From Octopus sinensis (taxonomy: Eukaryota), in NCBI RefSeq assembly GCF_006345805.1, contig NC_043005.1, positions 8,742,001 through 8,806,000 of the forward strand: a stretch of 64,000 nucleotides of DNA. The letters are read 5' to 3'. The position numbers and the translations under genes were made by a program. The notes under the pieces were generated by a model that saw only the letters and a list, made by a program, of their open reading frames with translations, searched no databases and was not told the origin of the DNA. Positions 39,237 through 51,236 of this stretch are shown in pieces; within the stretch, counting starts at the first letter, position 1, and each line of letters begins with the position of its first letter.

Positions 39237-39611
39237 ATATTGTTATATTTCGGAATGGTCATTTTGCCAGTTTAGTCAATAAAAACACACGCACTATATA
39301 TTTGGTGTTATTTTGCTTCATTGTTATTTATTTTTTACATTAATCTTAATCTTACTAACCGTCAGCCATTTTGTATTTCTCAGAAATACAAAATGGCTGA
39401 CGGTTAGTAAGGAGAGACACACAAATAAGAAAGAAGAAAGCAAAGGACCACTGATTCGGTCACAGGAGTGTGACGAAAGAACTCTGGCCGAAATAAGATT
39501 AAGATTAATGTAAAAAATAAATAACAATGAAGCAAAATAACACCAAATATATAGTGCGTGTGTTTTTATTGGCTAAACTGGCAAAATGCCCATTCCGAAA
39601 TATAACAATAT
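39237..39611. mobile_element. Head-to-head fold-back duplication of a PLE-type terminal repeat containing a hammerhead motif
   Basis: Outer arms 39237-39354 and 39494-39611 (116/118 complementary); inner perfect arms 39351-39379 and 39383-39411. Confidence 0.8.
39445..39489 (+). ncRNA. Decayed minimal type I hammerhead ribozyme
   Basis: Stem I ggacca/tggcc; core CTGAT-tcg (vs CTGATGA); stem II GTCAC-aggagt-GTGAC; GAAA; short stem III AG-aa-CT then C. Confidence 0.5.
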
Positions 39612-40834
39612 CTGTTTCAACACACGACTTCACATAAAAAATCTTGCACAACAAATACTTAAACGTACTATATATATATACAATACACACAAATATACAC
39701 GTATATGTTTGCACTTATGCGTATTTATTAGTAGATATGGTGGTGGTCAGGTTTTTTTTAACATTTTACACAAGGAATATTCCTATTACTCTATTATTAC
39801 TTTATGTATCTTTTCGAACAATAAGGTTAGCAGCCCTACAAAAGGTTTCTAGACCTTTCAATAGTCTTGGATTTGTGAATTTGCTTTCATGTTACAGTTA
39901 TTTTTCCGTTTTCTAATTCAGAATAAAAATACAGGCACGCTTTGATCTAGGTATGTTGGTACAAATGTTACTGCTTCAACGAATACTTATGTAAAAGCCG
40001 ATAGTATATGTTCACGTGATACATTTTCAAGCTGCTTCTCTAGAGATGAATGGCTACCTTGTTTACACTGAGATATTTCCTCCAATGGTCAGTAATGTTG
40101 TTAATAAAAGAATATAGTATTTTGTATTTGTTATTCCATATAGGTCGGTTGCATTATATTTTGATTATTGTTTTTAAATATAAAATTTACCAGAATCCTT
40201 TTTTTATTCATTGGTGTCGACACTTGAGTTTTGTATAAATTTTGTAGTTATTATTCCAGATTGTCGCAAACACTTCAATTATAATGACAGAAACATAATT
40301 TTGTTATCCGTAGTCAGCAAAGCATATTGAATTTTGAACTTCTCCAAAATCAAATCATAGCTTAATATGCAGAACCAGATTAAATAATTGTTTCGTACAG
40401 TAGAAAATTATAAAGTTGTGTTTCTTAATCAACGAAAAATTAATATTAATGAAAGTACAGAGACGTCGGATTTTTGAAGGCGACTAGACAATGAAATTAC
40501 AGAATTAAGCACTATACATACGTCACATGCCTTAAAAATAAGTATTTTTGGAAAGCCTTCTCTCAAAGCAAGTAAATATTTCCGTACGCTAAATTTTGTC
40601 AAATTGATTTTAGAATACAATTGACATATATAGTTGTCTAAAACTTGATTTAAAACTAAGTTTGACTGATATTTATTTTACCGAACACGGAAGGATGCTA
40701 AGCTACATAAGCGTGAACAGAATTTGAATTCTGAGTGGAAAGCTATATAATTAAATAAGATTTGGTACTTTTTGTTCAAATCACGACCGATTTTGTCAAG
40801 TCGTTATTCTTGATAGACTTAAATATATTGCTAG

Positions 40835-41279
40835 GGATCTTATAGGTTTGAACGGCAGTTTTTAACATAATTTCTAGGTAACTAAAAAATTTTAAACTTC
40901 GTATACTGGTAGAATGTGTTTATAAAACATCTTTTTCTCTTGGCTTTATTGAGAAAATTCTATAGTTTGTAAGACATTTGTTGTTTTTTTTTCTTCAATT
41001 TTTGCAATTTGAACCAATCACTGACATCTATTGAGGTAAAAAGCATTCTGTGCCGTATGAATATGTCCCTCGTTTAAGAAACAGATTGGGTATATTTACA
41101 TTTGTGAAGAAAAAAAGATACCCCCCAACCCTAACCCTAACGCTAACCCTAACTAACCCTAACTAACCCTAACCCTAAAACAGATTGAAATGCGATAGAT
41201 CGATACTAGGGTCATAATTATGGGCGACAATTTCATATGGCACCGCTAGAAAAAACTGCCGTTCAAACCGAAAAGATCC
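40835..41279. mobile_element. 445-bp MITE with ~28-bp TIRs, 8-bp TSD and internal telomere-like repeats
   Basis: TIR ggatctt(a/t)t(a/c)ggtttgaacggcagttttt; TSD ATTGCTAG at 40827-40834 and 41280-41287. Confidence 0.92.
41126..41178 (-). repeat. Degenerate (TTAGGG)n tract inside the MITE
   Basis: aaccctaaccctaacgctaaccctaactaaccctaactaaccctaaccctaa. Confidence 0.9.
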
Positions 41280-42174
41280 ATTGCTAGAATTATTTTTAAA
41301 ATGCAAGAGAGTCGAAAAGAAATGCCTGACCCGAGTGATTTTAATCTCATACATGAAATACATAAATCAGAAAAGAATACAGTAAGGTAGATATTTCTCA
41401 ATGGAAATCGATCATGACATTGTACAGCTTTTCGGTGACCGGTTGGTGGAGGGTGATAAGTTATTCGCAAAGCGGAGACCTGTTCTGACTGTTCGCTGCA
41501 GAAACAAACTTGGTATTAAACGTAATGTCGTATTTCGTCTACTACGCTGCAGAGAAACGATCTCTCAGTAACTTGTTTACAAACGTCAATTACAACACCT
41601 TGGCCAAGTTAGAGCTTGGTACAAGACACTTGCACAACGTTCAGTGTATTGCCTCGCACTCGAAATATCTTAGTTGTGGAAAGGCTTCTTCATACACAAC
41701 TCTAGCACTTGATCCTATTGAACGCTTTAAGAACAATAACATCTCTCTCCCACTCCCTCTCTCTCTCTATCTCTCTCTCCATCCATCGCCCTTCCCTTCT
41801 CTCTCATGAATGTAATCGTGGTCATTGCATAGACTTCTCAATAGATAATCTATTTTCTTCATATCTTTCGAGGCTTTGCTGCCCATTGAAGTTTCCTTCT
41901 GACATGTTTCATATGAATAGTAGTTAACTGAATGGACAAACTCTGATGTGTGTGCAGCAGCTGCAGCAAGATATACACATATAATAGTTTTTATTATCAC
42001 GAAGTTGAGGAGATTAACGCAATAATTTCAACATCATATCACCCATTGTTAACACTATTAAGAGAATTTGAATCAGAAACCCTATTACTAGGATTACACA
42101 GTTTCAATGTAAACAGCGCATAATCAAATTTAGTTAACGATTTCCTAAATAAGCGTCGTAAGAAACGTTATAAC

Positions 42175-42326
42175 AAGTGACTGTTCTTACTACCACTGCT
42201 GCCGCTGCTGCTGCAACTACTACTACTACTACTGGTGCTGCTACTACTGCTGCTACTACTACTTATGCTGCTGCTACTACTACTAATACTACTATACTAC
42301 TACTACTACTACTACTACTACTACAA

Positions 42327-42358
<32 letters not shown>

Positions 42359-42450
42359 GTAGTAGTACTACTACTGCTGCTGCTGCAATTACTACTACTA
42401 CTACTACTACTACTACCACTTACTACTGCTGCTACTGCTGCTGTTCATGC
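42175..42450. repeat. (CTA)n/(CTG)n microsatellite
   Basis: Direct reading. Confidence 0.95.
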
Positions 42451-43010
42451 TATCTCTGATCAATAAAGAAAATGACAATATTAGCAAAAAAAGAACTATT
42501 GTTATTATTTTAACTAAGTGAAAAATGATAATTCTTTTGTCATGGTCTGAATGTTTGGTTGATGGATGCACCGAGTAACACGGATGAAATCGTGTTTTCT
42601 TTGAGATATCAGCTGTTGAGAAGAATAAGATTTCAACACTTCTAATTGCATACTTCGGTCACGTGGCAGCTGATAATTCATATTTAAATATGACTCGTTC
42701 TACTCCATATTGAACAAAAATTTATTTCTGCTTCTATGTGATTATAAAATTCTAGTGTTGAATCCAGAACGACGAAAACCGACCCGTCTATGACGTGACT
42801 TTACCGCAAAGCGTAAAGGAGTATAGCTAAATATCTTTAGCTATTTTCCACTGTTTGTCTATCGTTGCTGTTATTTCCTCTCTCATATTCGTGTAATAAG
42901 CTGCTGTTAATAGACGTCGTTTGTATGACAAATGTATGAGAAATGACGTCGTTACAATAATGATAGTCTGCATAGTAGACGTCATTACTGCAAGAGTGAT
43001 GACGTATCAG

Positions 43011-43428
43011 AAGGCGGCGAGCTTGCAGAAACGATAGCACGCCAGGTGAAATGCGTAGCCGTATTTCGTCTGCCGTTACGTTCTGTGTTCAAATTCCGCC
43101 GAGGTTGACTTTGCTCTTTCATCCTTTCAGGGTCGATAAATTAAGTACCAGTTACGCACCGGTGTCGATGTAATCAACTTAATCCGTTTGTCTGTCCTTG
43201 TTTGTCCCTTCTGTGTTTAGCCCCTTGTGGGTAGTAAAGAAATAGGTATTTCGTCTGTCTTTACCTTCTGAGTTCAAATTCCGCTGAGGTCGACTTTGCC
43301 TTTAATCCTTTCGGGGTCGATTAAATAAGTACCAGTTATGCACTGGGGTCGATATAATCGACTTAATCCGTTTGTCTGTCCTTGTTTGTCCCCTCTATGT
43401 TTAGCCCCTTGTGGGTAGTAAAGAAATA
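43011..43428 (+). mobile_element. SINE family C dimer
   Basis: One head (aaggcggcgagcttgcagaa) then two ~180-bp units, each ending gtgggtagtaaagaaata. Confidence 0.92.
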
Positions 43429-44052
43429 TATATTACCCACAAGGCCTATGTGACGATTACTGGCACAAATCATCTACTCCATTCTCCCATGCCATGCTTG
43501 GTGTCGCTCCTTTTAAGTGTGTATAAACCGAGCGGATTTCCACATACGGTCAGAGGTTCTCTAATCAGTGACAATATTGATTACTTCTATGAAACAGCGG
43601 ACACATTACAAGATCGATTGATCTGCTAGAAAAAGCGACCGAATCTCTCTCAAATCACATTCAATTCTCTTGAAAATGACACAGTGATATTGTGCTCCTA
43701 AGTTGCTGCAGACAGAGCAAAAGAAGTGATAGACACGTCTGGGTTGTCTTTCCTCAAATCTGTTCAATAAAGCTGATCCCAGACTAAATATCTACAACAA
43801 AAATCATCTCCAAATGTCAAGTAATGGCGCAGTCGCTGTTAATAAAATAAAAATAGCAATCCACTCTCTATATTATCTGCCGAAATATCAAACAAATCTT
43901 AAATTACGCTGTACTATCTTAAGCAAAGTAAAGCCACAATTGAACAATGTAGTCGAAATTGCTCATAGAAAAGAAGGGTAGTAGTAATTGGAATTTCCCT
44001 TGATCAGAATCCTACTGGATCAGGGTGAATGAGATATCACCATGATCATCAT

Positions 44053-44180
44053 CAAGAAGAAGAAGAAGAAGAACAAGAAGAAGAAAAAGAAGAACAAGAA
44101 GAACAAGAACAACAACAAGAACAAGAAGATGAAGAAAAAACAAAATAAGCAACAAAAAACAAAAAAGAACAACAAGGTTA
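44053..44180. repeat. (GAA)n/(CAA)n microsatellite
   Basis: Direct reading. Confidence 0.9.
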
Positions 44181-44879
44181 ATGGCTTCAAATAGTATCTT
44201 CTGGTCCCTTAATCCTAAGGGAATAAGATATTTCAGGAAGTTCACTATTAGAAGTTTATGGATTATCTCCTTAACAAAAGAGTTCTATTTGAATTAGGGT
44301 CGTTGACTGTTTGGCATCTGACATCTGCAGAGACGATCGATTTCTTTCTTTCTATGCAAAGCATATGTTGAGCAAATTATATAAGGCATACGTACTCTCC
44401 CTGAACGCATACCAGTACACTCTCTCTCACACACACACGCTCACATGCACGCACATCCATACATATACACACATACATACAAACTTGTTCAAACAAGAAT
44501 ACATAAATACATGCATACGTAAATTTACGGACATATATACATAGAAAAAAACACGGCCAAATAGGCATACATACTTTACACAAGCTCGCAACCACATCCT
44601 CAAACCAATATATGAAGAAGTCTACATTACGCACCGATATATGTATGTGTTCGTGTAAGTCTCCCTGTTGGTTTTTGTATGTGTGTGTGTGTCAGGGTAT
44701 ATATTTACGCATGCATGTGTGTATGCGTCACTGAAAAAAAGAAAGTGAAGAAGGGAGAATAGTTATATTTTATATATGGTCTGTGATAAAGAATGGCTGA
44801 AGAAATGATAGGAGTAGAAGAGGATGCAGAAAAAATAACGAAACAAAAGAGAAGATGAAGAAGAAGTTTGAGCATTGTG

Positions 44880-45245
44880 GGAAAAATACTGTACACATTT
44901 CCCTCAGTCTCACGATCTTTGTGGCTAAGTCCATATAATTCGCAATTTTTTTTAAATTTCTTTGGTGTCTACCCTCTTATATTGTATTGCGAAGTCTATG
45001 ATTCTTACATCGTTTCATTTATTTTTTATAATCATTTCTAACCATCTTGTTTCAGTAGTATGTGCAGCCCTTCTGTGGACATCCCATAAACTTCTGCAAT
45101 ACTTATTTCGTGTTATTTCCTAATCACAAATCTGGCTAACAAATGCACTCTTCTTCGTAAAGTAATGCCTGCACCTATACTCGTTTGCTTTCACTTAAGA
45201 GATGATTAATACGTTTGTGTCCTTTCCTACAGGTTCTGCGCTTGC
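44880..45245 (-). mobile_element. Decayed R4/Dong-like C-terminal fragment (zinc knuckle plus restriction-like endonuclease)
   Basis: (C>R)RTCRKGHKRINHLLSE(C>S) = C-x2-C-x8-H-x4-C; downstream IIDFAIQYKRVDTKEI..NYMDLATKIVRL resembles IID.AIP.D..V..KE.EK..KY.DLA. Confidence 0.6.
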
Positions 45246-45589
45246 AGTCTGACTGATTTTTATCAGATTTGTTTTAATAGCTAGTTTCCAAGCGGCTATA
45301 TAAAACATTTTATGATGTTAAATCCGTGTGTTGCAACGAGTGTGGTTAAGGTGTTGAATGCGTTAATCCTGTTTCAAGCATTAAGCTCGTTCTTCCTAAT
45401 GGGTCTAATTATGGTAACATACCAACTCTGTCATGTCAGTGGATATATTCATTCTCGGCCAGGACTGGACAGCCACAGAGAATATGAGTTATTGTTTCTT
45501 CCCCATCACCACAAATTCTGTGGTTACTTATTATTCATTAGTGTTATTCATTTTCATTATGTGATTCTGGGTGTTTCTGTGGGGAGGCT

Positions 45590-45900
45590 TTGATCTTGTG
45601 TTGCAATTAAAAATCCTTTGAGTTCTAAGCTTCTGAACCATTGTTAGGATTTTACTTTCACTATTTCTTTTCTGTTTAGCCTATACCTGATATTTCTTAA
45701 CTTTATCATTTTTCGTTGGTATCGACTCTGCTATCATAGGAATTGCACGACCTATGGTTTCACGCTATTTATTTCCTCTGTGACCATACTCGGATTTCTT
45801 GCTTCCATATTTCTTGTCAGTTTTTATGGGGAAATCCCACAAGATCTTGTAATTCTCATTTTCACGCTCGGCTAACATCTCAACGCACTCTTTTGTCTAC
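45590..45900 (-). mobile_element. Second decayed R4/Dong-like endonuclease fragment
   Basis: ENENYKILWDFPIKTDK and DKVKKYQ match the EN..KILWDF.IQTD and EK..KYQ motifs. Confidence 0.65.
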
Positions 45901-46011
45901 ATAATTATGTCTAAACTTATACTCGTTTTGTCCTAGTATACAGCACTCACTCCGAAGAGGATACTTTCGTCTCCCTAAGATTATGACGCATTAATGGGTT
46001 ATAGCCGAAGT

Positions 46012-46357
46012 AATCGACCCCTGGACTTATTCTTTGTAAGACGAGTAGTTATTCTATCGGTTCTTTTGCCGAACCGCTAAGTTACGTAGACGTTAACACA
46101 CCAACATTGGTTGTCAAGCGATGGTGGGGACAAGGACAGACAAAAACACAAAACACAAATACACACACTCACACACGTTCACATGTATATATACGACGGA
46201 CGTCTTTCAGTTTCCATCTACCAAATCCACTTACAAAGCTTTGGTCGGCCTGAGGCTATAATAGAAGACATTTGTGCAAGGTGCCACGCAGTGGGACTGA
46301 AACCGGAACCATGTAGATGGCAAGCAAGCTTCTTACCACGCAACCACGCTTGCGCCT
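46012..46357 (-). mobile_element. SINE family A, diverged, 3' tail missing
   Basis: Head aggcgcaagcgtggttgcgtggtaagaagc on the minus strand; body collinear with other copies. Confidence 0.88.
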
Positions 46358-47221
46358 GTGTCGATGAATTATAACAAACGTAGACAAGCCTATCTGTTCA
46401 AACAACCCTATTACGTTAACTGACTTCGGGATCTAGGCAATCATGCATTTATATTTGAAAGCCGAAAGTCTAGTCTTGAATAAGAACGTCACATATGTTC
46501 GCAAGATGAGTTGCTTTGTTTCTGCTATTGTTCTTTTTTTGATACAGCTGGAACGATATGTTAATATGGTATGCTGTCACATTAGCCACGAGGATTTGTC
46601 ATCCATAGTTCAAGTGTAGACTGACCTGTTAACATGAGCCTGACATACTAACGTGAGGTAACTGTATGGACTTGTACGTCTTCATCACTTACATGTTTTC
46701 CGTATTAAAAAAAGATTTGCCTCATTATTGTATACTAGGTCATGATGAAAACGACATTACAAAATTGATCACCCCTAAGTACGTATACAAAAACAGAAAA
46801 GGATACGTCTATATACATTCTACATATATAGACACGGAGACACTAATGCATTCACATATATTGCACATTGAAGCTGTAATATTTAATTTAAATTTCGAAG
46901 GTTCAATGGATTATCTGAACAAAAAGTAGAGGTAACCCATAATCATAAAAAAAAGGTATCTTTATATAATTTGACTTTTTGTATTTCTAGTCTAGAATGG
47001 ACTATTTATATTGGGGCAACATTTATGAGATATAAAACCATTTACATAATCTAGATTTTTCGAGGGAAAATATTTGTTCTTTTTTTTTCATTCTTTATTT
47101 CCTATTTATTTCCTGTATTCGTGGTTTCTGTTCCATAACAGATGAAAAAATAATCAATATTTTAGAGTGAAATAATACATTCCGTATTCAGAAGAAATTT
47201 TCAAACTAACAATGCCTGAAG

Positions 47222-47224
<3 letters not shown>

Positions 47225-47283
<59 letters not shown>
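47225..47283. repeat. (AG)n microsatellite
   Basis: Direct reading. Confidence 0.95.
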
Positions 47284-47286
<3 letters not shown>

Positions 47287-49220
47287 GTGGTTGAGAGAGG
47301 AGGAATACTCTCAGTCGTACACTTTCGGCTTTTAAGTTTGAAAAGAAAATATTTGTAGTTTTCACGAAGGTTTTATATGAGAGCAAAAAAAGAAGGAAAA
47401 ATTCTTCATAAGATCTACAAAGAGGGAAACAGTTGTTTGGAAGTTGTGAGAAAGATTGCCACAATAAAACATACAATAATAGTAAAAAAATACTATTATA
47501 GAACGATTGCCAGCAACACAAACACCTGAAAAAAGAAAGAAAAAGAAATCGAATTGCAATTACATATAAAGCAACGATTTTTTTTTTTACAACTGATAAT
47601 CTTTTTCTTGCATGTTCAGAAACTTAATTCTATTGTTTCTAGAAGTGTTTCGAAAGTTTTGCATAAAAATAATTACGCAAGTTATACAACTTCATTTTAC
47701 ATTTTCGTGAAATTTTGTAAGCAATTTCAGTTGTATGTTGTTTGTCATTTATTTTCATAACTCTTGTTTTATATTCCGATAAAAAGATAACGATGCAAGA
47801 CTAGTCAAAAAGAAAGCTTCACAAAAGGAAATATCGGCCACATTTCAACGGAATCATTCCTAAACTTCTAAAACTGTCAAATTCGAGAAAGCAATTGAAA
47901 TTCTTTTTACATGAAAGTAAGGGTATATGATAGAAAGTAATACCAGAAAAATAACAAGGAAATAAAAACAGCATAGAAAATAAAAACAGTAAGAAACTTT
48001 AGTCCCGATTGAAAAGAACATTTTTTATTTTATTTTGCCTACGTTCCATTTTAAAGTAGTAGCTAATTTATCGATTTTGCCTGGATAAAAGATCGATAGT
48101 ATTTGGCTCTAGTGTGACATCAGGATTACTTGAGTAAAAAAAATATTGTTTTTCTCTTATTTTATTTCATGTAATTACATGAACCAGAGCTGAACGAAGT
48201 AAGCACAAAGCCTGATTTAACTTTAATTTACTGTGATCTGCCTCGAACAGCTTATCTAGACCGTATGTGTTTTTCGTGTTTTTTTCTTATTTTGGAATAC
48301 TTCTTTTTGTTTTCAAGAGACATATATACCAATACCATGATACACATATACGTTCATACATACTATTATATGTAAACATATATAAGAACTGGTATGTGTA
48401 CATACGGGTGTGTGTCCGTGTGTCAGTGTGTGTGCGCATGAGTGTACATCATCTCAATTTTGTTTTTATTTCTCCCAAATCTTCCAAGTTTCTTGTAGTT
48501 GTTGCTGTTGTTGTTGTTCTTCTTCTTTTTCTTCTTCTTCAGTTCCTCCCTTTTTCTCCTCGCATTCTCCTTTTCTTCCTTCACTTACCATCTACACCTT
48601 TTCATTCCTTTTCCCATCTACTACTACTCCTATTATTCAAATCTAACCTCATACCAATTCTACTCTCTCCCGCCTCCTACATCTTTTTCTCATCTTCTGC
48701 CTCGTCTACTCCGTCCCATTGTTCTTTAATCAGTCACCCATGTAACTAAATCTTATCAAATCGATTGTTATATTTCCACAACAATAAATAACACCGCCCA
48801 CATACATAGGACAACCATTCTTAAGAAGGGCCCATGCATATAAACGATATATCCAGCTCGATAGTTTTCCCTCCGACGAGGGCGACACCCGGCGATACTT
48901 CGAAGTCGCAGACGTCAATCTTCTCTGTAAAACTATATGTGATTTACTACGGTTATGCACTTTATGATTTTTCAGTTCAAATTTGATTGTTTTTATCCGT
49001 TTATCAAAGGGGAAGGTGTGTATGCAGTTTTACGTATGTGGGTCCATATGTCTAGGGGTGTGTAAGTATGACACTGTAGTCAAATGCGATAGTGAGTGTG
49101 TGACTGGCTGTCTTGGATGTGTAATCGTTTTGTGGAAGAATAAAGCTTGAAAGTGAGGAATTATTAGGGGGCGCTAGTTGGAGGTATGAGGAAAAGCCAG
49201 AGAAATGTGGAGGGTGTGAA

Positions 49221-49629
49221 CAGGAGTGGCTGTGTGGTAAGTAGCTTGCTTACCAGCCACATGGTTCCGGGTTCATTCCCATTGCGTCACATCTTGGGCA
49301 AGTGTCTTCTACTATAGCCTCGGACCGATCAAAGCCTTGTGAGTGGATTTGGTAGACGGAAACAGAAAGAAGGCCGTCTTATATAGGTATATATATATAT
49401 GCATATGTGTGTGTGTGTATATTTTTGTGTGTCTGTGTTTGTCTCCACAACATCGCTTTACAACCGATACTGGTGTGTATACGCCCCCGTAACTTAGCGG
49501 TTCGGCGAAAGAGACCGATAGAATAAGTACTAGGCTTGCAAAGAATAAGTCCCGGGGTCGACTTGCTCGATTAAACGTTGTGCTCCTGCATGGCCGCAGT
49601 CAAATGACTGAAAACAGTAAAAGAGTAAA
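49221..49629 (+). mobile_element. SINE family A
   Basis: caggagtggctgtgtggtaagtagc...catggccgcagtcaaatgactgaaa. Confidence 0.92.
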
Positions 49630-49786
49630 CAAATTAGAAATGAAAGGAGAAAATTAGGTGAAAGCCCAATAAAAAAACTTAGTACATAATAGAGAATTAT
49701 TTTGTCGCTTCAGTAACAGAAGAAAATTCGTGGAGTATGTGGAGGGGTAAGAAAAAGAGGATAGAGATGTGAACATGTGTCAGAGT

Positions 49787-50167
49787 GGAAGCACTCCGTC
49801 GGTTACGACGACGAGGGTTCCAGTTGATCCGATCAACGGAACAGCCTGCTCGTGAAATTAACGTGTAAGTGGCTGAGCACTCCACAGACACGTGTACCCT
49901 TAACGTAGTTCTCGGGGATATTCAGCGTGACACAGAGAGTGACAAGGCCGGCCCCTTGAAATACAGGTACAACAGAAACAGGAAGTAAGAGTGAGAGAAA
50001 GTTGTGGCGGAAGAGTACAGCAGGGATCACCACCATCCCCTGCCGGAGCCTCGTGGAGCTTTAGGTGTTTTCACTCAATAAACACTCACAAAGACCGGTC
50101 TGGGAATTGAAACCGCGATCCTACGACTGCGAGTCCGCTGCCCTAACCACTGGGCCATTGCGCCTCC
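49787..50167 (-). mobile_element. SINE family B
   Basis: Near-identical to 16560-16941. Confidence 0.93.
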
Positions 50168-50784
50168 ACATATGAATATATACGTATACATATAAAGATG
50201 GACACATCCCTGCATCCATCCATACTTGCATCCATCCATCCGTCCATCCATCCACACATAGATTCACACATACGAGCGGACATGCGCACACACTCACACA
50301 CACACACACACGGATATATATATGTTAGATAGAGAGGGTTATAATTCAACTATCTCGAGGACTTCTGATTACTGATTATAATTATAAATAAAGGCTTCAT
50401 CCAAATGTAAACTTTGCTATTTGATAGAGTGTGTGAAGAAAATCTAATAGGGGTTACCTTAGATATTTCTTCAACACAATTTTATTATTTCTTTTAGTAA
50501 ATGAAACACGTGCAATGGTGAATAAATAACACCAGATATGTCATCAAATCTCCTGTTTATATATATATATATTAGAGGGAAGCCACTATCTGAACACTCG
50601 TATGCTAGAAATAGATCCGCTATGGTCTTACCATAATGGTTTCCCTCTAATATGTATATTATACAATTTTACTGAACCTTCAGTTTTTTTATATGCTAGA
50701 CCACTGGTGCGAAATCGAGGTTAATTAAATTAATATCTAATTTCTCACCCTCATTTTAAATTTAAATTTATATCTCTCTCTTTC

Positions 50785-50989
50785 TTTACTCGTTTACTCT
50801 TTTACACTTTTTAGTCATTTGACTGCGGCCATGCTGGAGCACCGCCTTTAGTCGAGCAAATCGACCCCGGGACTTATTCTTTGTAAGCCCAGTACTTATC
50901 CTATCGGTCTCTTTTGCCGAACCGCTAAGTGACGGGAACGTAAACACACCAGCATCGGTTGTCAAGCAATGCTAGGGGGACAAATACAG

Positions 50990-51020
<31 letters not shown>

Positions 51021-51153
51021 CATATATACGACAGGCTTCTTTCAGTTTCCGTCTACCAAATCCACTCACAAGGCATTGGTCGTCCCGGGGCAATAGCAGA
51101 AGACACTTGCCCAAGATGCCACGCAGTGGGACTGAACCCGCAACCATGTGGTT
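50785..51153 (-). mobile_element. SINE family A, about 30 nt missing at the 5' end
   Basis: Body and tail collinear with other copies. Confidence 0.9.
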
Positions 51154-51236
51154 GGGGGTTCAGTATACACGTTGGTTCGTTTAATCATGCGAGAGAGAGT
51201 CGAAAGGATTTTTATACCTGCTCACGACAATAAAAA

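Noticed and set aside
41126-41178. True telomere or chromosome-fusion site
   Set aside because: The tract is short, degenerate, single-orientation and enclosed by MITE TIRs and a TSD.
46541-46785. Possible micro-exons (LERYVNM; HDENDITKLITP)
   Set aside because: Splice-like signals of this strength are common in AT-rich DNA and there is no homology evidence.
48873-48900. CCGACGA-GGG-cgaca-CCC hammerhead-like motif
   Set aside because: It lacks the GAAA core and has no stem I or III.
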